Origin: Schizochytrium sp. TIO01
Taxonomy: Eukaryota > Protista > Bigyra: Labyrinthulomycetes
DNA length: 64,000 bases
Assembly: GCA_004764695.1 (NCBI GenBank)
Contig: SMSO01000032.1
Span: 8,898,483-8,962,482 of the forward strand
Direction: 5' to 3'
Shown: positions 45,505-54,903 of the stretch, piece by piece
Numbering within the stretch: the stretch's first letter is position 1
Layout: the number at the start of each line of letters is the position of its first letter
The notes under the pieces: model-generated
What the model was told of the DNA's origin: nothing
What the model saw: the letters and a program-made list of their open reading frames with translations, nothing else
Databases searched by the model: none
Program-made: the position numbers and the translations under genes

Positions 45505-47109
45505 ATGGCGCGTGGAGCAGCAGGAGCGTCTGCGACTTCGTCAGCAGCCTTCGCGAGCTCAGACTCTTCGTCTGATGAGGGCGGAGATGAAGAGCTGCGC
45601 ATGGTTCCTGAGCTGGACTCGCCTGTTGTGAATGGTTCTGTTGAACCCACAGGAAAAGAAGCCTCAGGTCCAGGTGAGCAACGAAACTCATACACCCTGG
45701 TGAATGTGCAGGAGTCAGACTCCGAAGCAGATTCCGAAGCTGACTCCCAAGCTGTTCAAGAGGCCGGGGGCCAGAAGAGAAGAGCATCTACATCCTCAGC
45801 AGCCTCCACGAGTTCCAAGAAATCTACGGCTTCAAGGAAATCTGCGCTTTCCAAGAGATCGAAGAACTCTAAAAGCGGAGCAGCAAATGCAGACCATACT
45901 GCATCAACATCATCCTCAGGTAAAGCTGAAGCCTCACATAAACGAAAGCGAAGCGACGTTGACCTTGACGATGATGATCGTGAGGTCATGAGTGATGATG
46001 AGGTCATGGAAATTGGAAGCGATGACAGCGACGTTGATGACGAAAATGCTCAAGACGATGTAGTTGATCTGCAAAGCGACGACGAGGAGGAAGCTGCTCG
46101 GAGGCAAGCTCGCGGTGACGATGGTGCTGAGAGCGACCACTCTAGTGATGAGGAAGGGCTTGATAACGATGACGATGATGATGAAGCCGAGCTTGAGGTT
46201 TCAACTCGCCGACAAAGCGGAGGCGCTTTTCGATACTTTGATGCACCTAAGTGTCACAGGTGCGGAGAAACTGGTCATATTGCAGCAGAATGTCTTAGCA
46301 ATACAACCATTCGCTCATGTCTCTTGTGTGGCGAGACTGGCCATGAACAGAAGGACTGCCCTCAAGTGCTTTGCTATAAGTGTGGCCGCTCAGGACATTT
46401 GTCGCGAGACTGCACAAGTTCAGTTGCTGTGGTGGTGAACTATCAGGTCGCCAAACCTCGCTTACAAATCGTTCACAAAGATCTCCAAAATGTTATCTGC
46501 ATGCAATGCTTTGAAGTGGGCCATGTAAACTGCCGCGACACATCATACTCCAAGGGCCTTATAAGCAATAATAACCGCAGCAGGCAAGTACCCCTAGGAA
46601 GTTGCTGCAACTGTGCTGGATCACACTTTTCTGACCAGTGTAAGAAGCCACGTGTTGACGAACTTGGGGATATACGCGGCTTTTCATCTAATCTGGCAAA
46701 GTGCTATAACTGTAATAAAGTTGGGCACATTGCATCTATGTGTCCAATGCCCTCGCGTCGCCGCAAGAGCGCGCCCGGTCGTTTCGACGACCACCGTTCT
46801 CCAGCACCTTTCCGCGGAGGTGACAGGTATCGCGACGACAACAGGCGCCCTTCTAATAATCGGTTTCGCAATGATGATTTTCACCGTAATGGAGGCGATT
46901 TCGACGACGACTTTCATCAAAGAGGTGATAGACGTAGGAAAAAGCAAGAAAGCTACGGTTTTGGAGGCTCGCGTCGCTCGTCTGGAGGTGGCGGAAGGAA
47001 TGGTGGAAACGGCGGTAGGGGCCGTCAATCAGAAAGAAGTGGAGGTAACCATGGCGGATACCGATCCCAATCTCCTAATGATCGCCCTCACAAGCGCCGT
47101 CGCCGTTAA
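45505..47109 (+). CDS. Multi-CCHC zinc-knuckle RNA-binding protein, Air1/Air2/ZCCHC7-like
   Basis: RYF precedes tandem knuckles CHRCGETGHIAAEC, CLLCGETGHEQKDC and CYKCGRSGHLSRDC, a degenerate CMQCFEVGHVNC, CCNCAGSHFSDQC and CYNCNKVGHIASMC. Acidic N-terminus and RG-rich tail. Confidence 0.8.
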   Translation: MARGAAGASATSSAAFASSDSSSDEGGDEELRMVPELDSPVVNGSVEPTGKEASGPGEQRNSYTLVNVQESDSEADSEADSQAVQEAGGQKRRASTSSAASTSSKKSTASRKSALSKRSKNSKSGAANADHTASTSSSGKAEASHKRKRSDVDLDDDDREVMSDDEVMEIGSDDSDVDDENAQDDVVDLQSDDEEEAARRQARGDDGAESDHSSDEEGLDNDDDDDEAELEVSTRRQSGGAFRYFDAPKCHRCGETGHIAAECLSNTTIRSCLLCGETGHEQKDCPQVLCYKCGRSGHLSRDCTSSVAVVVNYQVAKPRLQIVHKDLQNVICMQCFEVGHVNCRDTSYSKGLISNNNRSRQVPLGSCCNCAGSHFSDQCKKPRVDELGDIRGFSSNLAKCYNCNKVGHIASMCPMPSRRRKSAPGRFDDHRSPAPFRGGDRYRDDNRRPSNNRFRNDDFHRNGGDFDDDFHQRGDRRRKKQESYGFGGSRRSSGGGGRNGGNGGRGRQSERSGGNHGGYRSQSPNDRPHKRRRR

Positions 47110-47687
47110 ATGTGTTCTGCATGTACCATGATGATCGTAGTAGTTTGCCCAATTACCTACATACCTTTTCTATTATATTAACTGGTATTTAAAAGGATCA
47201 ACCATCATCATTTGTCCCCTCTCCTTTTTTTATTATACATTGTGGTTACTAGTTTCGTAAACGAATTGTTAGCCTTAACGCGAGCAAGGGTAGATTCTTC
47301 ATTGCCCCTCTTCCCTCCCCCCCTCAAAAAAAAAAAAACTTGCTCACTTAACATGCTCAGATGAAGTATTTAGAGTGCATTGAAGATTTGGCAAGTTCTT
47401 GGGAGTTGGGTATCCTACGCTATCTGCATCTTGTGAATAGCTTTTCAAATGCAAAATCATATACCAAATTTCTGTATGAGAATCGTTCTAATTCAACTTT
47501 CTTTTATTACTTTTACTTTTCCTTGGGAGTTTTATCTCTAGAATACCCACAGCGCTCTCACGCCTGCACTTCTTCGTCTCTTGCATAGTCACCAGCTTTT
47601 AAATAGTCTCCCCATCTTCAAAGTTATACCGTTTTCTTAAGTGGAAGAAATCAGACTAGTGTACGACTCAGAATGTGGGTTGATCTA

Positions 47688-50429
47688 TTACTTCTTTTTA
47701 CGAGGTGCTTTTCCAGGCTTTGCCTTTGACGAGGAGGCGGTGCTCTTCTTACCTGCACTCTTTCCACCCTTAGACGTACCGGCCTTAACAAGGGCTTCGA
47801 TGTCGTCGTCATCATCATCATCGTCATCGTTGTCTTCGTTATCGTCCCCGCCTTCGTTGTCGTTGTCATCATCTCCAGCCTTGGACTTCTTCTTTTTGGT
47901 TGGTTTAAGTCCAGCAATGCCTTGTTCATTGACCAAGGCTTGAGAAACATGGCCCAACTTGTTGTACTTCCGTGTAAATGCACTCTTCACATTTGTTGGA
48001 ATGTTGAAAAGCTGCTGATCGGCGTTCTCTAAGCGCACCTCCTGCATAGTTTCGAAGACATCATCGCGGCTGAGACCATAGTTGACCATGGTCTCGATCG
48101 AGCTATCAATATCTTCCACATTCCCAGCGCGCAACGGCCGAACAATGTGGTCACGTAGAGTATCAAGGTAATCGAGTCGCAAAGTTTGGCTGTTAATCAT
48201 GGTTCTTTGGCGCATGTGCATGGCGGTTTCTGTCAACAGCCGCTTCTTTTTGCCGCGGGAGGAGTTCTTTCCAAGCCACTCTGGGAACCCTGGGAAGCCG
48301 ATGTTTCCGCGACTCAAATATGCTGTCCTCATATGCAAAGCTGCGGACAAGGGTAAAAGGCCCCATCGTTGGTTTCCACGAATCTGCTGCGAAACGATAT
48401 CTGCATCACAATTTGAGTCTGCGGCTGCGGAAAGTCGCTTCAGGACATCAATTGGATCATCTCCAGGACGTTTGCTACTGTTTGCTGCCTTTGGATAGTT
48501 CTCCGCAATCATAAGGGGAAGAATGTCATAATCTACGAAGAAGGCGTTGAATCGCAAATCAAAGGTCTCAGGTTTTTGAGACTCGCGATACAAATAACCA
48601 CATGCGTCAAAATGACTCAAGGCAAAGGTCTGATCCTTTTTCATTGCATTCTCCTGACGCTGCACATCCTCAAAAGCCATAGTATTAGAAGTAGACTTCC
48701 ACATTTGTAGGAGGCCTACGATTTGGCGAATGTCCCCCATGGAGGACCTCACCAATCGGTCGATGGCGTTTGGCATCACGTCCATGCCTTCGCGTTTGGC
48801 AATTTCCAGCACGCGTTTTGTCACAGACGGTGCCTGGGGACGTTGAAACTTAAGGTCAAAGCAGTAGTTTGCAAGAGAACGCACTGCTGATTTTTGGCGG
48901 TCGTTACAAATGCAGATAATTGGGACGCGCGACTGTTTAATAATTTGAATCAACTCTTGGTTGCCACCGCGATCGTCTGATGACATACCATCGACCTCAT
49001 CCATAATAATCACGCGCTTTGACTTCCGCGTTGCTTCGTTCTTAGAGCTTGAACCCAAACCCATTACACTTGCGCTGTGTGTTGCACTACCAACAACTTC
49101 ACGGACAACGCGTTTAGAGCGAGCATCACTGGCGTTTAACTCAATGACGTCATAGCCGGTTGCTCTTGCCACAATTGTAGCTGCCGTCGTTTTTCCGATA
49201 CCAGGGGGTCCAGAGAGCAGGGCTGCCTTGGCGCCAGGATTCTGCTTGTTAAACGGGATCTTTAGCGACTTCTGAATGTGCACTCGGTCCCAGTTTTGTA
49301 ACCATCGAACAAGGTCTGTTACGGCCTTGTTGTTACCAACAAGGTCATCTAACTTAGTTGGCTTGTATTTGTCCACCCACAACATTCCATCGTAATCAGG
49401 CGGCGGTGTTAGATGAGACGCAACCTTGCTTGAAGATGAGGAGGATGAGGAGGACTTTGCAGATGAAGAAGCTTTGGCAGTAACGTCTGCACTCTTCGAG
49501 GTCTTCATAGACACCTGCGTAGCCTTCTGCTCGGCTACCTTTACAGTACCTTCCTCCGCTTTAGCACGCGCTTCATCGAGAAATTTAAGAAAGGCAGACT
49601 CCTCAAGGATAGCGGTGCCCTTTTCAACAGCAGTTTTGTATTTCTTTCCCATGTTCGTGGGTCGTCCATCTTCGAGAATGTGGCCTGCAACAAGGTAGGT
49701 AGTACGACCACTGACAGAAGTCGTCACTTTGGCGCCGAGGCGCATGAGCTCATCGGCAACCTCCTCTCGAGACTCAAAGCCTTTGACTTCTCCAGTAATG
49801 ACGATAGTTTCCTTGTTTAGAGGAAGGCGTGGGTCATCCTCAGGCTCTTTCTTGGCACTTGCAGCCGCACTGGATTTACGAGGGGATGTGGTTTTGGCAG
49901 GCTTACGTGGAGACAAAGCTTTGGTTGGTTTGCTTGGAGAGCTTGCAGGCTCGACTTTACGTGCTTTAGTCGGCTTCGGAGCATCGAAGTTCGTCTTCTT
50001 GGAATTGCTAGCAGAAACATCCAGCACAATATCATCATCTTCGTCAAGTTCAACATGCTCAGGCTCAATCTTTCGTTTCGGTGCGGAGGATTTGCTGCTG
50101 GCCGAGGTTGTTTGCTTGGCCTTTTTCTTGGAAACCATCTTCACATCATCGTCATCTTCGAAATCGTCATCATCAGACTCTACGTCCTCATCTCTGTAGA
50201 TCGTGCGTTTCTTGGACTGACTCTTTTCAGACTGGGAAGAAGCTGGCTTTGAAGGTACTGATGTCTTCGAATCAGTCTTGGTCTTGGTTTTATCTTTGGA
50301 TCCCTCAGACTCGTTCCTTGACGTAGATTTCGACGTAGGTTCTGTCTGCTTGACAGCCTTGCTTTCCTCCTTTTTTGTTGCAGGATTGTGTGCAGGCTTG
50401 CTGAAAAAGCTGCGGATATCACCCTTCAT
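47688..50429 (-). CDS. RFC1: Replication factor C large subunit
   Basis: N-terminal PIP-like DIRSFF, BRCT domain (TIVITG...VTTSVSGRTTYLVAG), LWVDKYKP, Walker A GPPGIGKTT, ELNASD, Walker B IMDEVDGMS and the RFC1 C-terminal FPEWLGKNS. Confidence 0.97.
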   Translation of the reverse strand: MKGDIRSFFSKPAHNPATKKEESKAVKQTEPTSKSTSRNESEGSKDKTKTKTDSKTSVPSKPASSQSEKSQSKKRTIYRDEDVESDDDDFEDDDDVKMVSKKKAKQTTSASSKSSAPKRKIEPEHVELDEDDDIVLDVSASNSKKTNFDAPKPTKARKVEPASSPSKPTKALSPRKPAKTTSPRKSSAAASAKKEPEDDPRLPLNKETIVITGEVKGFESREEVADELMRLGAKVTTSVSGRTTYLVAGHILEDGRPTNMGKKYKTAVEKGTAILEESAFLKFLDEARAKAEEGTVKVAEQKATQVSMKTSKSADVTAKASSSAKSSSSSSSSSKVASHLTPPPDYDGMLWVDKYKPTKLDDLVGNNKAVTDLVRWLQNWDRVHIQKSLKIPFNKQNPGAKAALLSGPPGIGKTTAATIVARATGYDVIELNASDARSKRVVREVVGSATHSASVMGLGSSSKNEATRKSKRVIIMDEVDGMSSDDRGGNQELIQIIKQSRVPIICICNDRQKSAVRSLANYCFDLKFQRPQAPSVTKRVLEIAKREGMDVMPNAIDRLVRSSMGDIRQIVGLLQMWKSTSNTMAFEDVQRQENAMKKDQTFALSHFDACGYLYRESQKPETFDLRFNAFFVDYDILPLMIAENYPKAANSSKRPGDDPIDVLKRLSAAADSNCDADIVSQQIRGNQRWGLLPLSAALHMRTAYLSRGNIGFPGFPEWLGKNSSRGKKKRLLTETAMHMRQRTMINSQTLRLDYLDTLRDHIVRPLRAGNVEDIDSSIETMVNYGLSRDDVFETMQEVRLENADQQLFNIPTNVKSAFTRKYNKLGHVSQALVNEQGIAGLKPTKKKKSKAGDDDNDNEGGDDNEDNDDDDDDDDDIEALVKAGTSKGGKSAGKKSTASSSKAKPGKAPRKKK

Positions 50430-51125
50430 TTTCTCCTCGTCAACTTTGCCCTGAAAGCACTCTGCTGTCTATATTCGACTTTTCTGTGTCGCAGAAGCTT
50501 GCTGAGGAGGTTTTCCACCTCGATGCTGGGTCTTCCGTCGCAGACTACACCAAGCAGAACGCGGAGTTAATCCTACTGAGTACGGCTGCCCGCCCTATCA
50601 GTAGCTCCGCGGATCCCTTGCGCCACGGAAGCTCTATCGATAGGTTTTGGTTGATTGAAGCGCCAAGGATTTTGACATGTCTCTTTCTTCTACTACCTAA
50701 CCACGATCAACGTAGTTGAGCAAGTATTGCATTGTTAGACTAAGTACTATTAACTAAAGGCTTAAGCCTTTGCGTTTCGTAGCACTAATATGAGATATGA
50801 TAGTATGCATCGTGACTTGAGCATAACGCAAGGCAGACAATTGGGGAATTGTGCAAGAGCAACAAATGTTGGTGTTCATTGTAAAAATTAAAAGGTCGAA
50901 TATACTATACTGGTTGGCAATTTTAACAACATGGTTGTTGTTTGCTACTTTCTGGTCAAGTTCACGGTGGTTGGATTTAATGTTTTCAAGGAGCATGCTT
51001 CGTGAAGATAGTTTGTCGGTCGAGATAATCGGAGCTGCAATAAATACATAAGAAATGGAAAGGGATCCTTACAAGAATTGAAAACATAAAAACGAAGGAT
51101 AACATGATAGTTGTTGGCTGGAAAA

Positions 51126-53243
51126 CTAATTAAGAACCATATCACGGAGGAGCTCTGAAATACGCTGATCATTCTTAGCAATGGAGGCCTTGAGAGTGGC
51201 AATACGGCTTTGTTTATCTTTGATGTTCTCATCAATTTCGGTAAGTTTTCCACGCAAGGGGAGAAGTGTTTCGGAAGTGACACGTTGTTCATCTTCCATA
51301 GCGTCACAGCACTTGCGATACTCATTTTTCCACTTGTCGAGTTCCTTGGACATGGCTGTGAGGTCTTCGTGCACGAAATCCATGCACTTGCCCAGTGGGT
51401 TAGTGCTCTGGCAAACAAGTTGGATCGCAGACCTGATCTTGTCCACGTCCACGACACCGGCAGGCTTGCCTTTGCCACCCTTGTGGAGACCCTGTCCGAT
51501 CTTACCCATAGTAATGCCTCGCGAGGTCGGCCGCTCATCAGATTTAGCTTCGTCATTCGCCTCTGGGCGTGTGTCTGCTGCATCCTGCTTCTGTTCGTCA
51601 TCAAGAATATCTCTCACAAGACGACTCTTGAGCTGCTGCTGGCCATCGTCTAGGGAAGGGTCCATGTTCTCGTTGGCACCACTACGCCGACGGCTGAGAG
51701 CACCATCCTCATCCTCCTGCTCATCTTCATCAGAGTCATTATCACCTTCCCGCATCACGCCAACTGGAGCTCCCTGACCACGGGAAGGTGGTTTCTCCAT
51801 AGCACCAGCAGTGCGTTCTCGAATTTTAGGTGGACGCTTGCGAGCTGTCTGCGGTCTGGCGAGATTTTTGCGATCCGAGGGTTCTTCAATTGTCCTGCGG
51901 TCAGTTTCTTTAGATTCGGGGCCTGTGTCTTCGGACTCCTTGGCCTCAATTGGTGAGTTTTCTTCGGCTGCGTCATTTCGAGCAGCGGAAGAGTCTGCTG
52001 CGCTTCTTGTCGACGACTTACGTGGACGCTCCTCACCGCGGACGTTGTCGGGTTCCATCTGCTGGGAGGAGCGAGAAGACCTGCTGTTATGCTTGGGCAG
52101 GTCTTCCTCCTCATCATCATCATCGCCACCCTTTAGCTGCACTTGCTCGGTAGCAGGAGCAGCTTCACCCCCCCCCAATGCAATGCGAACAGCCTCACTT
52201 GGTGGAACTGCATAAGCCTCGGATGAGGTTGCCAAAATAGCCAACATTTGTAAGAGCATGTTTGTCTTGTCAGACTCCTGACCAGCAACAATGCGAGAAG
52301 CATTTGCGTCTACTGGGACGCCACTACAAATTTCTACAAAACGAATAAGTTTCTCAAGATACCCGAGCTTGGCTTCCTTTGAGGTGCATTGCTTGGAATC
52401 TAGCTCTTCGCCTTGGAAGAGGCCTTCCATGAGACCTGTCGCGCTACGGAGGCTAGTCATTACATCGTGGATAAAGCGAAAGGGGGGGCGGCTCAACAGT
52501 TTTTCTGTCATTTTTGGCTTGCGAATGATATCACCATAAAGACGAATAGTAGTGCCAATGTCACCGTCCACCCCGCTAAGTTGGCCAGATTCATGATTTG
52601 ATTTAGTCTCACTAGGCTCAGGCTCCTTTGACTCTGCCGGCGGAGGTGCTTCTGCTGCCGAGGAGTTTGAACGTGATTTGCGGCGGGGCTTCTCCTGCTC
52701 TTTTGATTCATCTGTTGCAGCTGAGCGATCTTCAGCCTCGCCCATTGGCGCAGCTTTTGTAGACGGTTTTTTGCTGCTTTCTTGATGATCTTCTGCTTTG
52801 GACTCGCCTCCTTGTCGAGGTACACGTCCAGGAGGCACGCCGTCAAGCGCCAAACGTGATGCAGCTGCGTAGTCAATAGTACTATCCATTGCTGCTTTTG
52901 CAAGGGCTTGGAGCAGAATATTTGTGTTAAGAGCCTCAGCGCCAGCCACAATCTTTGCCTCGCGTACGTCAATGGCTTCCCCCATGCAGATACTTGCAAA
53001 GGCAATAATTTTATGCAAAAAGTCTAGCTTTCCTTGTTTACTGTCTTTGATGTTTCCAGAATCTTGCTCTTCAGCAGTGAGCAAAGCATCTACAAAGCCC
53101 GTCTTGCTATTCATCCCCATTACAATGTCGTGCAAAAACCGGAAAGGGGGTCTCGAGAGTAACTTTTCCGTCATCTTCGGTTTCTTGATGAGCCCCCCTA
53201 CGAGAGATTGGGTCTCAGCGATGGCATCCTCGAGCGATGCCAT
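51126..53243 (-). CDS. TRAF3IP1: Intraflagellar transport protein IFT54/TRAF3IP1 (MIP-T3) with two N-terminal CH domains
   Basis: KPKMTEKLLSRPPFRF(L/I)HD occurs twice; RPQTARKRPPKI motif; C-terminal coiled coil IQLVCQSTNPLGKCMDFVHEDLTAMSKELDKW. Confidence 0.93.
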   Translation of the reverse strand: MASLEDAIAETQSLVGGLIKKPKMTEKLLSRPPFRFLHDIVMGMNSKTGFVDALLTAEEQDSGNIKDSKQGKLDFLHKIIAFASICMGEAIDVREAKIVAGAEALNTNILLQALAKAAMDSTIDYAAASRLALDGVPPGRVPRQGGESKAEDHQESSKKPSTKAAPMGEAEDRSAATDESKEQEKPRRKSRSNSSAAEAPPPAESKEPEPSETKSNHESGQLSGVDGDIGTTIRLYGDIIRKPKMTEKLLSRPPFRFIHDVMTSLRSATGLMEGLFQGEELDSKQCTSKEAKLGYLEKLIRFVEICSGVPVDANASRIVAGQESDKTNMLLQMLAILATSSEAYAVPPSEAVRIALGGGEAAPATEQVQLKGGDDDDEEEDLPKHNSRSSRSSQQMEPDNVRGEERPRKSSTRSAADSSAARNDAAEENSPIEAKESEDTGPESKETDRRTIEEPSDRKNLARPQTARKRPPKIRERTAGAMEKPPSRGQGAPVGVMREGDNDSDEDEQEDEDGALSRRRSGANENMDPSLDDGQQQLKSRLVRDILDDEQKQDAADTRPEANDEAKSDERPTSRGITMGKIGQGLHKGGKGKPAGVVDVDKIRSAIQLVCQSTNPLGKCMDFVHEDLTAMSKELDKWKNEYRKCCDAMEDEQRVTSETLLPLRGKLTEIDENIKDKQSRIATLKASIAKNDQRISELLRDMVLN

Positions 53244-54903
53244 TGTGTCTCGTATTACTTTCCCCAGACTTGGTTGTCCTTGTCTTCAATCTATTTTCGT
53301 AAAGCTCTCTCTCGAAATAGCAGGGTTAAGTGCCACGCGCGCAAGCGCTGTCGCCAGTTGTGAAGATGCGTTGATCTTATGTGGACAAAGTCGCTTGATG
53401 TTGCTCTATGTATATGCCTCTGTGTCCAAGGATGTCCTCAACCCCGGTCAAGAGCAGGTAGGTTGTCAGTTTGCAGATGCAGTAGTTCTGCTTTGAGCCA
53501 CTGCTAAGTGCTTTGTACCCTCTGAGGATACTGCGAGCTAGCGGCCTTTCACGCTGAGCCCTGACCGAGGCCTTGGCTCTTTGCGGACTTGCTCCAAGTC
53601 TCTGCTTCGAATTGCGGCTCCTTGGGGAGTATAAAAGGTCCTCGAACCAGGTCCCCGTGCGCCGGCCCGTCTGATTGTATTGTGCTATGCTACCAGTGTT
53701 GCTTCCCACGTTTTCTGACACCTCGCAGAATCGCTCTTCTGCAGACAGAACTCTTCTACAAGTATAAATTTGCCTGTTGCGCTGCCTCTTCAAGCTGCAT
53801 AAACGAATCCATGCAACTTTGCCTCACTAATAGAATGAACTTGCGAATAACAATATTCTTCAATTTGTAAGTTACCCCCCAACCAATGTAAGAGACTTAG
53901 CCTTTGCTCTTACAAATACACACTACTTAGTAATATACCACCTATATAACATTATGCAGCCCCGAAGCCATGCCCATGCGAGCTTCGTCTTGAAAGCCTC
54001 GTGGCTACGTTCAGGTTCGTGCGCTTAGAGTAGTTTCTATGATCTTCTAGCAGTGCCATGCATTTCGAAGATGATGACACGTACACTGATTCTGCCAATG
54101 GTCCGCCCATATGACCGTTGAGATATGTGGGGTTTCGCAAGTTCCAGATGTTCTATATTGAAACCGACAGCTAATTGAATAATTGGGCAAGGCCTGGACC
54201 CCGTACCGACCGAGGCATCCGCTGTGCTCTCGGCGGCGCGCGACGGAGACCGGCGCGTGAGAGGATAATTAAACGCAGTGACATACCTTCGTCGCTGCTG
54301 ACCCGGCCTGGTTTCCCAGCGAGGGTAGCGCGGTGAAAGTATTTGTGCTAGGTGGTGGTGGATCCGTTTTGCTCGCGCGCTTCTTTCTCCTATTCTTCTA
54401 GTTTTGGCGGCAGTGTTTTGGCGCGCTTTTGCGTGCAGTGGCCTTGGGTTCCATCTTTGCGCTTCAACCATTCATTTGTTCGCAAGATATTTGCTGTGCA
54501 TCTTTGTTTGATCGTGGAGACATTATTGTAGGTTCGCATACTTTGTGGAGTGCCATTTATTTTCAAACAAGCTCTTGCACACACAAGTTTAGATCAGAGT
54601 ATATCTATATTTCTTCCGGTGAAGGCCAACACATATAATTGCATCTGATAGTGCCATTGTGCTTCTTTTGAACTAGAATCACTTCAGTTTGGGGGGATTT
54701 AATTTGCTTGGAGTCGTAGCTCCTGTCCTACATTTTGTTCTTCTATTTGGATAGGTTATCAGGAAAACTTTTAGTTCATCCTTATACGTGTGGGTCGTCT
54801 GTTTGCTATTTGTTTATTTTGGGGAAGGGCTTTTGCGAAGTCTCGGCTCACTAGAGTTTTCTTTGGTTAACGAGACATTCAGGTAAAGATACAGGCGGAG
54901 ACG

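Noticed and set aside
30011-47109. Functional cluster of RNA-processing genes (Sen2-like, RRP40, Air1-like)
   Set aside because: Interspersed with unrelated genes; expected by chance in a housekeeping-rich compact genome.
51181-53496. Several 120-198-aa ORFs antisense to IFT54 (similar shadows over RFC1, DUF1764, CHAF1B, uS5m)
   Set aside because: Explained by codon bias of the real gene on the opposite strand; no motifs.
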